Notes: a model not told the origin generated them from the letters alone. Positions 27,963 through 40,497 are shown, counted from the stretch's first letter. The stretch: DNA of 64,000 nucleotides from Eledone cirrhosa (GCA_964016885.1 OZ024741.1:384958001-385022000); one strand, 5' to 3'. Numbers and translations: made by a program.

Positions 27963-28049
27963 ATATATACATACATATATATACATATATATATATATAT
28001 ATACATGCATACATATATATATACATACATACATATATATATATAATTA

Positions 28050-28696
28050 AATATAAAAAACATGAGAAGAAAGAAGAATACTGCGTGGTTGCACATGGGT
28101 TACATATGATAAAAATAGTCCTTCGTCAGTGATTTGCCAACCATCATTGATATATTCATCGCATTAAAAATCATATACCTCAGGTTGGTGCGAGCAATAA
28201 CTAAAAAAAGCTATTGGGACAAGTAAATCGCGTAAAGCGAGTGAGACAAGTAAACAACATAGAAGGATGAAAGCAACGCAAAGATGGGAATAAAAAAGCA
28301 ACATGGTTATCCGGTCAGCATAAACTGGGTGGATTTCATGAGCGATCAAGATACAGACAGTCCGACGTGAGTGAGATGTGAGAAGAGAACCCACTACTAC
28401 CCAAACGGGAGGAAGTGAGAAGAGGAGAAACAGAGAGTGAATGAGTGGAAGTGCGAGGAAGAGGTCTGTCGAGAGAAAGTGTAACTGACAGAGGGGGCGA
28501 AAGAAGGTGAGAGCAACAGAGAGAACGGGGAAACAGTAAGAGAGAAACAGACAAACGCAGCCGAGGTAAATATATATAAAAAACATGAGAAGAAAGAAGA
28601 ATACTGCGTGGTTGCACATGGGTTAAATATGATAAAAATAGTCCTTCGTCAGTGATTTTCCAACCATCATTGATAATTCATCGCATTAAAAATCAT
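28050..28696 (-). mobile_element. pLTR-like direct repeats (~125 bp at 28050-28175 and 28574-28696)
   Basis: Near-identical repeats flanked by (TA)n. The minus strand has CTGACGAAGG but no clean GAAA half-core. Confidence 0.55.
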
Positions 28697-28731
<35 letters not shown>

Positions 28732-28792
28732 ACATACATATATATATATATATATATATGTATGTAATTATATATATATATATATATGTATG

Positions 28793-28858
<66 letters not shown>

Positions 28859-28861
28859 CAT

Positions 28862-28910
<49 letters not shown>

Positions 28911-28916
28911 ATATAT

Positions 28917-28950
<34 letters not shown>

Positions 28951-29034
28951 GTAGGAGGTGAGTTTTATTGTAGTACAATAAAGCAATGCAGATATCGGAT
29001 AAGAAGCACTCTACAGTTTGTAGGACTGGAGTAT

Positions 29035-29350
29035 ATATAATATAAGATCAAAAGATGGTTAAAGTTCCATGTATTTTATTATGCGCATTTCAAAAACAAA
29101 CATCATCATGCAATAATATTTGTGTTTTCATCAGATAAAACAGAACATGATATGAAGGCTAAAAAACACTTGTGGATAGATATGTTGATTTAAAACTGCA
29201 CTATCCACAAGTGTTTTTTAGCCTTCATATCATGTTCTCCTGTTTTATCTGATGAAAACACAAATATTATTGCATGATGATGTTTGTTTTTGAAATGCGC
29301 ATAATAAAATACATGGAACTCCTTTAACCATCTTTTGATCTTATATTATA
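29035..29350. mobile_element. Fold-back element with a hammerhead in each ~145-bp arm
   Basis: Plus HHR 29243-29309: TTTTAT CTGATGA AAAC..GTTT-tt GAA ATG-cg-CAT A^ATAAAA (6-bp stem I). Mirror HHR on the minus strand at 29074-29140. Spacer ~21 bp. Confidence 0.8.
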
Positions 29351-29395
29351 TATATATATATATACATATATACATACATACATATATATATATAT

Positions 29396-31211
29396 ATAAA
29401 TGAAATAAAATAACAGGAGGCTGGACTGGTGTAAATCCTTGAAAGGTTTATTATACTATGATCATTTCAATGACCGGGTTCCATATGAAACCGGTGATAT
29501 CATCAGGTATTGGAATATAACAAAGGAATATGTAAAAAACCATAGGTCCGAAAAATCAGAGACAGAGACAGAGAGGACGACTGACCAACTAGCTTCTCGG
29601 CCAGTCGCCCTCAAAGTGTTGGCAACTGAAGCTACTAATGAATATCTGGTGAGGGGGCGAAGGCTTATAATGCACTACCACCACTCCGTCAAAGAAGAAG
29701 GGGAAGAAAGAAAGGGAGAAAGAAGTGTAGTGTAAAGGGTCATACTACATTCATGCTAGAAAATGCCGCGAAAAAATGCTACTCAAGAGAATCTATAATG
29801 GGTGTCTGTATGGTCTAATGTGTGAACCGAAGATTGGAACGTTAAACTGATGTTGCGAGTTATAGGATGAAATTAAATTAAATTAAAAATATTAAATTGC
29901 AAAATGATAAATTGAAAAATAAGTTATTAGAGAATTAAAGATTAAGGTAGCGAGATTTATTTATTTAATGAACTTACAGAGAGAGTCTTATATGAAAAAA
30001 TTTATCTCGATATGATATTAGGATGGGATATAGAGTAATGATTTCGATTGGGAGTCCCAGCCAGCACACCCCCACCATGAGTCAGCCAGTCTCGAGTGGT
30101 ATCGTCCAGCGAAAGAAATGGAAATTAATTTTCCCGAGTACTCTAGGAACGTAGCTACCTTAGACTTCCGGAGCGCTAGCGGGAACTCCTCAATTTCGAC
30201 AGGCCATCGTCCATACCAAACGAATACTATTAAATCCCACATGAGGGGTTTATTTACGTGCCAGTAGAGGCATGATACAGCTAATAGTTCCCGCTAGCGC
30301 TCCGGAAGTCTAAGGTAGCTACGTTCCTAGAGTACTCGGAAAAATTAATTTCCATTTCTTTCGCTGGACGATACCACTCGAAACTGGCTGACTCATGGTG
30401 GGGGTGTGCTGGCTGGGACTCCCAATCGAAATCATTACTCTATATCCCATCCTAATATCTTATCGAGATAAATTTTTTCATATAAGACTCTCTCCGTAAG
30501 TTCATTAAATAAATAAATCTCGCTACCTTAATCTTTAATTCTCTAATAACTTATTTTTCAATTTATCATTTTGCAATTTAATATTTTTAATTTAATTTAA
30601 TTTCATCCTATAACTCGCAACATCAGTTTAACGTTCCAATCTTCGGTTCACACATTAGACCATACAGACACCCATTATAGATTCTCTTGAGTAGCATTTT
30701 TTCGCGGCATTTTCTAGCATGAATGTAGTATGACCCTTTACACTACACTTCTTTCTCCCTTTCTTTCTTCCCCTTCTTCTTTGACGGAGTGGTGGTAGTG
30801 CATTATAAGCCTTCTCCCCCTCACCAGATATTCATTAGTAGCTTCAGTTGCCAACACTTTGAGGGCGACTGGCCGAGAAGCTAGTTGGTCAGTCGTCCTC
30901 TCTGTCTCTGTCTCTGATTTTTCGGACCCATGGTTTTTACATATTCCTTTGTTATATTCCAATACCTGATGATATCACCGGATTCATATGGAACCCGGTC
31001 ATTGAAATGATCATAGTATAATAAACCTTTCAAGGATTTACACCAGTCCAGCCTCCTGTTATTTTATTTCATTTATAATTAACTCCGTATTCGCACCACC
31101 AATTACACAAACGAAGATGAGTGAACTGCACTGCGTTGAGTACTCTTCACAATATTACACCAGGATTGACCATACGGAATGACCAGTTCTATCCAATGGT
31201 GAACCAACAAA

Positions 31212-31213
<2 letters not shown>
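29396..31213. mobile_element. Large fold-back pLTR element: ~790-bp inverted arms, ~97-bp spacer, hammerhead near each outer end, 3' tail on the right arm
   Basis: 29396-30187 versus 30285-31075 with scattered mismatches. Plus HHR 30962-31019: ATAC CTGATGA tatc-ACCGG..CCGGT-catt GAA ATG-at-CAT A^GTAT, followed by AATAAA. Confidence 0.85.
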
Positions 31214-31299
<86 letters not shown>

Positions 31300-31365
31300 C
31301 ACGGTTTAGCAAATAAGAAAAAGCTTCAAAATAAATTTAAAAAATTCACTCTACTCACTATGGTT

Positions 31366-31452
31366 ACCTTTACCGAATCGGTTTCGAGTCTCAAAAATAA
31401 ATGGACAGTACTTGCGGCCTTCCATTGAAAAGATAAACTCTCGTCAGAAGGT
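31366..31452 (-). ncRNA. Type I hammerhead with extended stem II (in a pLTR-like repeat partly duplicated at 31780-31890)
   Basis: ACCTT CTGACGA GAGTTT..AGACTC GAA ACCG-att-CGGT A^AAGGT. Canonical core, G10.1-C11.1 pair, GUA site. Confidence 0.85.
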
Positions 31453-31894
31453 TCTTTTCACTCGGAGAATATAAAATTCCCGAGTTCAAATTACGAATTG
31501 GCGCTATTCAAAATTGTTCCCGAGATGAGAATGAATGATGTGGAAGCAATTCTGTCCAATGCCGTGTGTAAAGATAGAAGCAGAGGCAGGGAGGTCAGTC
31601 TACTATCACTATAAATAGCAGCAGTCAAAACGACCAAATTTTTTCTCGACCAAGAGGAGCATAATAATAATAAAGTATATATCCCTACACGCAAAAAGCG
31701 TCCAGGAACACATGTATTGTCCAACCATATGCCAATGTGGTTCAATGGCAGGTTAATAAATTAACGAGCCAGAACATATATAATCAAGGTTTAGCAAATA
31801 AGAAAAAGCTTCAAAATAAATTAAAAAAAATTCACTGTACTCACTATGGTTACCTTTACCGAATCGGTTTCGTGTCTCAAAAATAAATGTAGGG

Positions 31895-31927
<33 letters not shown>

Positions 31928-31929
31928 TA

Positions 31930-32030
31930 GGGGTCATACTTGTTCCTATTTCCCACTCTACTACCCTAAGTATTGAGTACTTTGGTGCGTTATGGTCCAT
32001 CTGGTTCCTTACCACAATTCCTTCGTTATA
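31930..32030 (+). mobile_element. 3' piece of the pLTR-like family at 21798, 42184 and 63099
   Basis: GGGGTC..CCTATTTCCCACTCTACTACCCTAAGTATTGAGTAC matches 63169-63268. Confidence 0.75.
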
Positions 32031-32043
32031 TATATATATATAT

Positions 32044-35000
32044 TTGATGAAGTAACTCCAGTCCCCCGATTATCTGTAAGGCTTATATTTTTATATGAGC
32101 TGATAGATGACGGTTTAAGGATTTACAGAAACCCAAGAAGCTAGATATTCCATCTCTCTAGTGGGTCCGGGTATGCATTTTACATTCATTTCATTTATTG
32201 ATTTATTGATAATTTATCTGAGTGGCCCGAATCTTCCATATCGAACTTTTCGGTTATTTGGTTGATTGTAGACATATTCTACGTGTGACGGTATTTTAAC
32301 GATAGTTATAGCTCTAATTTATTTGAATTATAGAGCCCTCTGCCGATCATCTCGAATTTTGTTTATCGTGAACTCGTGCGCCGATTTTTCGATACTCGAT
32401 TATTCTACTATATTTAGCTCTAGACTTAGCTATTGACCAGTTAATTTTATTGTTCATTTTTTGTCGATTCTATTAAATGATGAATAGCCCCTGTTTATTT
32501 TAACATGTCTATTGAGCACTCTTATTCGATATGTGTTTTTGTCACATTTTTCCGAATATTTTTGCGGATGTAAAGGTTATCTCCCTTGCTGAAATCCATG
32601 TGCGTATTTTTAGCCTGGGTCTTATCTTTTTATCCATTCGGACGAAGCTCGTTGATGAAGTAACTCCAGTCCCCCGATTATCTGTAAGGCTTATATTTTT
32701 ATATGAGCTGATAGATGACGGTTTAAGGATTTACAGAAACCCAAGAAGCTAGATATTCCATCTCTCTAGTGGGTCCGGGTATGCATTTTACATTCATTTC
32801 ATTTATTGATTTATTGATAATTTATCTGAGTGGCCCGAATCTTCCATATCGAACTTTTCGGTTATTTGGTTGATTGTAGACATATTCTACGTGTGACGGT
32901 ATTTTAACGATAGTTATAGCTCTAATTTATTTGAATTATAGAGCCCTCTGCCGATCATCTCGAATTTTGTTTATCGTGAACTCGTGCGCCGATTTTTCGA
33001 TACTCGATTATTCTACTATATTTAGCTCTAGACTTAGCTATTGACCAGTTAATTTTATTGTTCATTTTTTGTCGATTCTATTAAATGATGAATAGCCCCT
33101 GTTTATTTTAACATGTCTATTGAGCACTCTTATTCGATATGTGTTTTTGTCACATTTTTCCGAATATTTTTGCGGATGTAAAGGTTATCTCCCTTGCTGA
33201 AATCCATGTGCGTATTTTTAGCCTGGGTCTTATCTTTTTATCCATTCGGACGAAGCTCGTTGATGAAGTAACTCCAGTCCCCCGATTATCTGTAAGGCTT
33301 ATATTTTTATATGAGCTGATAGATGACGGTTTAAGGATTTACAGAAACCCAAGAAGCTAGATATTCCATCTCTCTAGTGGGTCCGGGTATGCATTTTACA
33401 TTCATTTCATTTATTGATTTATTGATAATTTATCTGAGTGGCCCGAATCTTCCATATCGAACTTTTCGGTTATTTGGTTGATTGTAGACATATTCTACGT
33501 GTGACGGTATTTTAACGATAGTTATAGCTCTAATTTATTTGAATTATAGAGCCCTCTGCCGATCATCTCGAATTTTGTTTATCGTGAACTCGTGCGCCGA
33601 TTTTTCGATACTCGATTATTCTACTATATTTAGCTCTAGACTTAGCTATTGACCAGTTAATTTTATTGTTCATTTTTTGTCGATTCTATTAAATGATGAA
33701 TAGCCCCTGTTTATTTTAACATGTCTATTGAGCACTCTTATTCGATATGTGTTTTTGTCACATTTTTCCGAATATTTTTGCGGATGTAAAGGTTATCTCC
33801 CTTGCTGAAATCCATGTGCGTATTTTTAGCCTGGGTCTTATCTTTTTATCCATTCGGACGAAGCTCGTTGATGAAGTAACTCCAGTCCCCCGATTATCTG
33901 TAAGGCTTATATTTTTATATGAGCTGATAGATGACGGTTTAAGGATTTACAGAAACCCAAGAAGCTAGATATTCCATCTCTCTAGTGGGTCCGGGTATGC
34001 ATTTTACATTCATTTCATTTATTGATTTATTGATAATTTATCTGAGTGGCCCGAATCTTCCATATCGAACTTTTCGGTTATTTGGTTGATTGTAGACATA
34101 TTCTACGTGTGACGGTATTTTAACGATAGTTATAGCTCTAATTTATTTGAATTATAGAGCCCTCTGCCGATCATCTCGAATTTTGTTTATCGTGAACTCG
34201 TGCGCCGATTTTTCGATACTCGATTATTCTACTATATTTAGCTCTAGACTTAGCTATTGACCAGTTAATTTTATTGTTCATTTTTTGTCGATTCTATTAA
34301 ATGATGAATAGCCCCTGTTCATTTTAACATGTCTATTGAGCACTCTTATTCGATATGTGTTTTTGTCACATTTTTCCGAATATTTTTGCGGATGTAAAGG
34401 TTATCTCCCTTGCTGAAATCCATGTGCGTATTTTTAGCCTGGGTCTTATCTTTTTATCCATTCGGACGAAGCTCGTTGATGAAGTAACTCCAGTCCCCCG
34501 ATTATCTGTAAGGCTTATATTTTTATATGAGCTGATAGATGACGGTTTAAGGATTTACAGAAACCCAAGAAGCTAGATATTCCATCTCTCTAGTGGGTCC
34601 GGGTATGCATTTTACATTCATTTCATTTATTGATTTATTGATAATTTATCTGAGTGGCCCGAATCTTCCATATCGAACTTTTCGGTTATTTGGTTGATTG
34701 TAGACATATTCTACGTGTGACGGTATTTTAACGATAGTTATAGCTCTAATTTATTTGAATTATAGAGCCCTCTGCCGATCATCTCGAATTTTGTTTATCG
34801 TGAACTCGTGCGCCGATTTTTCGATACTCGATTATTCTACTATATTTAGCTCTAGACTTAGCTATTGACCAGTTAATTTTATTGTTCATTTTTTGTCGAT
34901 TCTATTAAATGATGAATAGCCCCTGTTTATTTTAACATGTCTATTGAGCACTCTTATTCGATATGTGTTTTTGTCACATTTTTCCGAATATTTTTGCGGA

Positions 35001-36061
35001 TGTAAAGGTTATCTCCCTTGCTGAAATCCATGTGCGTATTTTTAGCCTGGGTCTTATCTTTTTATCCATTCGGACGAAGCTCGTTGATGAAGTAACTCCA
35101 GTCCCCCGATTATCTGTAAGGCTTATATTTTTATATGAGCTGATAGATGACGGTTTAAGGATTTACAGAAACCCAAGAAGCTAGATATTCCATCTCTCTA
35201 GTGGGTCCGGGTATGCATTTTACATTCATTTCATTTATTGATTTATTGATAATTTATCTGAGTGGCCCGAATCTTCCATATCGAACTTTTCGGTTATTTG
35301 GTTGATTGTAGACATATTCTACGTGTGACGGTATTTTAACGATAGTTATAGCTCTAATTTATTTGAATTATAGAGCCCTCTGCCGATCATCTCGAATTTT
35401 GTTTATCGTGAACTCGTGCGCCGATTTTTCGATACTCGATTATTCTACTATATTTAGCTCTAGACTTAGCTATTGACCAGTTAATTTTATTGTTCATTTT
35501 TTGTCGATTCTATTAAATGATGAATAGCCCCTGTTTATTTTAACATGTCTATTGAGCACTCTTATTCGATATGTGTTTTTGTCACATTTTTCCGAATATT
35601 TTTGCGGATGTAAAGGTTATCTCCCTTGCTGAAATCCATGTGCGTATTTTTAGCCTGGGTCTTATCTTTTTATCCATTCGGACGAAGCTCGTTGATGAAG
35701 TAACTCCAGTCCCCCGATTATCTGTAAGGCTTATATTTTTATATGAGCTGATAGATGACGGTTTAAGGATTTACAGAAACCCAAGAAGCTAGATATTCCA
35801 TCTCTCTAGTGGGTCCGGGTATGCATTTTACATTCATTTCATTTATTGATTTATTGATAATTTATCTGAGTGGCCCGAATCTTCCATATCGAACTTTTCG
35901 GTTATTTGGTTGATTGTAGACATATTCTACGTGTGACGGTATTTTAACGATAGTTATAGCTCTAATTTATTTGAATTATAGAGCCCTCTGCCGATCATCT
36001 CGAATTTTGTTTATCGTGAACTCGTGCGCCGATTTTTCGATACTCGATTATTCTACTATAT
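32044..36061 (+). repeat. 608-bp tandem array (~6.6 units), one hammerhead per unit; candidate retrozyme
   Basis: Unit starts at 32044, 32652, 33260, 33868, 34476, 35084 and 35692. The only difference I noticed is T>C at 34320. (TA)n at both ends. Confidence 0.97.
32647..32780 (+). ncRNA. Type I hammerhead (U3 variant, extended stems II and III), repeated every 608 bp
   Basis: Stem I GCTCG/CGGGT; core TTGATGA 32652-58; stem II GTAACTCC/GGATTTAC plus an inner hairpin; GAAA 32736-39; stem III ACCCA/TGGGT plus CTAGA/TCTAG; GUC^ after 32775. Confidence 0.72.
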
Positions 36062-36074
36062 ATATATATATATA

Positions 36075-36470
36075 TAAAGAGGAAAATGTGAAGTTGTAGA
36101 TGTTAGTCTTTTATTAATTGAGCCGTTATACATATTTCTATGACGATAGATAGGTTGTGGGGGACTGGTGGCTAGAGAGAACAAATAAGGTTAGTAGCAT
36201 TCTGGGTGGTAGTTGAGTGGTCAGCCACCCACACCTCTGCGTCTGTGCAGGGCTGTCAGGATGTTCTGAAAGTTAGAAGGGAGCGGACATCCAAAACGGA
36301 AACATACTTTTTTAGTCCACTCCCTTCTACCCATAATTACCTGGGAAATGTTACCTTTTACTCAATATTTGTTGTCTGAAGAAATCCCGATATCTATCGC
36401 CATGGAAATATGTATAACGGCTCAATTAATAAAATACTCTAACATCTACAACTTAGCATTTTTCTCTTTA
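36075..36470. mobile_element. Fold-back element with hammerhead
   Basis: 36076-36150 is inverted at 36393-36470. Plus HHR 36371-36421: GTTGT CTGAAGA aatcc-CGATA-tc-TATCG-ccatg GAA ATA-tg-TAT A^ACGGC. Confidence 0.65.
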
Positions 36471-36578
36471 TAAATACACCCCGCCATCCTTGTTTTTAAG
36501 AAGTAACATGACGTCGAGTGCTAGACGTTAATTGCATCCTTATATACCGAATGTATATATATAAATCTCTCTCTCACA

Positions 36579-36610
<32 letters not shown>

Positions 36611-36885
36611 GTACACCCACACATATATATATTTAAGCATCATTCATAAAAAACGACGCCAATTGCGACCGTGCGTAAGTGCAAAATAAAACTGGACACA
36701 CTTCTGTGTGTGTGTGTTTGTGTATGTATACACATACACACACATATATATATGCTCCCCCCCACACACTACATATATATATAGTAATAATAATAAATTT
36801 GAAGACTAAAATCCAAAGAGGGCTCGATAAGGATAAATATATATAAAATATATAGGAACCGTAGAGCAAATATTTATTAAAATAA

Positions 36886-37227
<342 letters not shown>

Positions 37228-37313
37228 ATATATATTATATATATATATAAAATATATATACATATATATATATATATGTATATTATATATATATATTTAT
37301 ATATATGTATAGG

Positions 37314-37590
37314 AGGCACGTGGCCTAGTGGTAAGGGTGTTGGACTTACGATCATAATGTCGTGGGCTCGATTCCTGGGTTGCGTGTTGTGTTCTTGAGC
37401 AAAACACTTCATTTCACGTTGCTCCAGTATACTCAGCTGAAAATGAGTACCAGCAATAGCTGGAGGTTTAACCCTGCGATGAACTGGCGTACTGTCCATT
37501 GGGGGGTGTCTTGTACTCTCAGTCGCTTCACGCCATGAAACCGGGATAAGCACCGGCCAAATGAGCCTTCTGGCTTAAGACAGACTTTAG
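37314..37590 (+). mobile_element. tRNA-derived SINE family 2 (related copies 38883-39200 + and ~56645-56750 -)
   Basis: A-box TGGCCTAGTGG, B-box-like GGCTCGATTCC, core TTGAGCAAAACACTTCATTTCACGTTGCTCCAGT. Confidence 0.8.
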
Positions 37591-37591
37591 T

Positions 37592-37635
<44 letters not shown>

Positions 37636-37767
37636 GCACAGAGGTATCCACAGTAAGTTGTGGGGGCTATTCTGCATGAAGAACTCGATGTAATCCATAT
37701 GTTGAAAATGTTGTAGGTTAAGATAAATCCCGGAAAACAATAAAACATTAAAAGGAAAACAGTCATG

Positions 37768-38396
37768 ATATAAGTTAAAACAATGAAATAAAAAAAATCA
37801 ATTCATTAGAGATATACTTCACTGCTTTACGATCGTTTCTAGGTGATGATAATACATTGTAGCTATACTCCGTTATTGATCTATGTAAGGTTAGTTACAA
37901 AATATCAGATAAAAGAATATTTACTTACATGCATATCACCAGCTGTTTTCAAAAGCAATAATAATTTTATTTAGAATTAGTAGTATGTTCGTATCATGTC
38001 CTTACTTGGAGATAGTTGAAGAACTAACCAATCAAATTGTTTTTTTCATATGGTGTTAAGATAAAAGTAATACACTTTAGTTGAGGTCATGACCTTTTGA
38101 AAGGAATGGTTGAATGGTGTTAATAGTAGAATTGGCATAAAATCTAGTTCTTCAACTACCTCCAAAAAAGGACATGATACTAACATACTACTAATTTTGA
38201 ATAAAATTATTATTGCTTTTGAAAACAGCTGGTGATATGCATGTAAGTAAATATTGTCTTTATCTGATATTTTGTAACTAACCTTACATAGATCAATAAC
38301 GGAGTATAGCTACAATGTATTATCATCACCTAGAAACGATTGTAAAGCAGTGAAGTATATTTCTAATGACTTTATTTTTATTTCGTTGTTTTAACT

Positions 38397-38400
<4 letters not shown>
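37768..38400. mobile_element. Fold-back element with ~260-bp arms and a degenerate long-stem-II hammerhead
   Basis: 37768-38026 versus 38143-38400. Plus arm 38214-38349: TGCTT TTGAAAA ..GGTGAT..ATCACC-ta GAA ACGATTGT A^AAGCA. Confidence 0.7.
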
Positions 38401-38461
<61 letters not shown>

Positions 38462-38464
38462 TAA

Positions 38465-39592
38465 TATAGAATTCATGAGATATTTCATAGAACGATAATT
38501 CAATCCAGCTGCCATACAATCTACTGTATTATTCAAAGATTAATTATATTGAAATATCACTTCTAATTATACGACTATAATTTATTAATGGTAATGTTCA
38601 CTGTTTAGATAACATTCAAGTAGTTGCTATTGTTGCTAAGATAAGGTAGACTAACTTTAAAATAACCTGAACAAACTATGCTAAAAAGCTCCTTGCCTAA
38701 TGTGGGATCGAACCAGAACCAAAGTCATATAGTTGGAAAGCGAACCACCTAATCACAGACATCCACGCCTGTTCAGGTTATTTTAAAGTTTGTTTACCTT
38801 ATCTTCGGCGAATTGGTAGAGTCGTTGGAATGTTGGATGATTTGCGGTACTCGTTTCGGCTCTCTGCTCTCTAAATTCAATGAGGCGCGTGGCTTTCTAG
38901 CTAAAGTGTTCGGCTCACGATCATAAGGTTATGAGTTCGAATCCTGGCGGTGCATGTGTCGTTGAACAAAACACTTTATTTCACGTTGCTCCAGTCCAAT
39001 CAGCCGGCAAAAATGAGTAGTTCCTGTAAGTCGAATGATCAGCCTTCTCACATTCTGTGTCACGCTGAATCTCCCCGAGAAATACGTTAAGGGTACGCGT
39101 ATTTGTGGAATGCTCGGCCACTTGCACGTTAATTTCACGAGCAGTCTGTTCCGTTGATTGTATCAACTGGAACACTTGTCATCGTAACCGACGGAGTGCT
39201 TTTTTCTTTGAGTTCAAATCCCGCCGAGGTTAACCTTGCCTTTCATCCATTCGAGGTCGATAAAAAAGTACCAGTCTAGTACTGAGGTTGATTATTCTTC
39301 TACATCTCTTTTTCACTTCCATTCTCTCACCCTCATTATCATTTATAGAATGCCTAAGATACGTCGTATGCCAATGCAGTGTCTCTTCGACTTCCTCAGG
39401 AGTTACACGCTCCATAATACTACCTTATTTTAGCAACAATAGCAGCTACTTGAATGTTATCTAAACAGTAAACACTACCATTAATAACTTATTGCTGATA
39501 TTTCAATTTAATTTTTCTTTGAATACTAGAGTAGCTTGTATGGCAGCTGGATTCGATTGCTGTTGAATGAAATGTGTCAGGAATTCTATAGT
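38465..39592. mobile_element. Old MITE-like element with ~180-bp diverged terminal inverted repeats, enclosing nested SINEs
   Basis: 38465-38648 is the diverged reverse complement of 39421-39592. SINE pieces lie at 38805-39290. Confidence 0.55.
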
Positions 39593-39660
39593 ATGGTCAT
39601 GTTTATATCTACGTTGTCATCTACATTAACTTCTTGTATGAATGAGTGAGAAATAACTGA

Positions 39661-40497
39661 TAACTTTGCCTTTCACCCTTACGGGGTCGATAAAATAAAG
39701 TACCAGTAATGTACTGGGTAGTTGCTGGCCTTGTTCTAAAAGTAGAAACAATTATATATTTAGTGTTTCTTAATATGATCCTTTATCTATAGTCGTGCTC
39801 TTACAATATAAATAATTGTTTCTACTTTTGGCACAAGGCCAGCAAATACCCAGTGCATTACTGGTACTTTATTTTATCTACCCCGTAAGGATGAAAGGCA
39901 AAGTTAACCTCGGCGGGATTTGAACTCAGAATGGCAAGGGCCGTAACTCTATGTGTCAAAGCATGGCATCCGACTCTCTACCGATACTGCCAATCCACCG
40001 CATAAATAATTGTTTCTACTTTAAGCACAAGGCCAGCAAATACCCAGTGCATTACTGGTACTTTATTTTATCGACCCCCGTAAGGATGAAAGGCAAAGTC
40101 AACCGCATAAATAATTGTTTCTACTTTAAGCACAAGGCCAGCAATTACCCAGTGCATTACTGGTACTTTATTTTATCGACCCCGTAAGGATGAAAGGCAA
40201 AGTCAACCTCGGCGGGATTTGAACTCAGATCGTAAAGGGACGTAACTATGCTGGAAAGCATGGCGTCCGACCCTCTACCGATACTACCAATCCACCGCAT
40301 AAATAATACTTTCTTGTCAGTATCGGGAGAGGGTCGGACACCATGCTTTGACGCATAGAGTTGCGGCCCTTGCCATTCTGAGTTCAAATCCCGCCGAGGT
40401 TAACTTTGCCTTTCATCCTTACGGGGTCGATAAAATAAAGTACCAGTAATACACTGGATTAATTGCTGGCCTTGTGCCAAAAGTAGAAACAATTAAT
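39661..40497. mobile_element. Cluster of five SINE family 1 copies or fragments in both orientations
   Basis: +39661-39755, -39810-40000, -40003-40102, -40108-40298, +40318-40497. Confidence 0.88.

Noticed and set aside
32531-35792. Six identical 73-aa ORFs (MCFCHIF...)
   Set aside because: They are a product of the 608-bp periodicity, have no recognisable domain, and overlap the hammerhead. No coding evidence.
32044-36061. CRISPR array or rDNA/5S/snRNA tandem
   Set aside because: No variable spacers and eukaryotic context; no recognisable rRNA, 5S or snRNA motifs in the unit.
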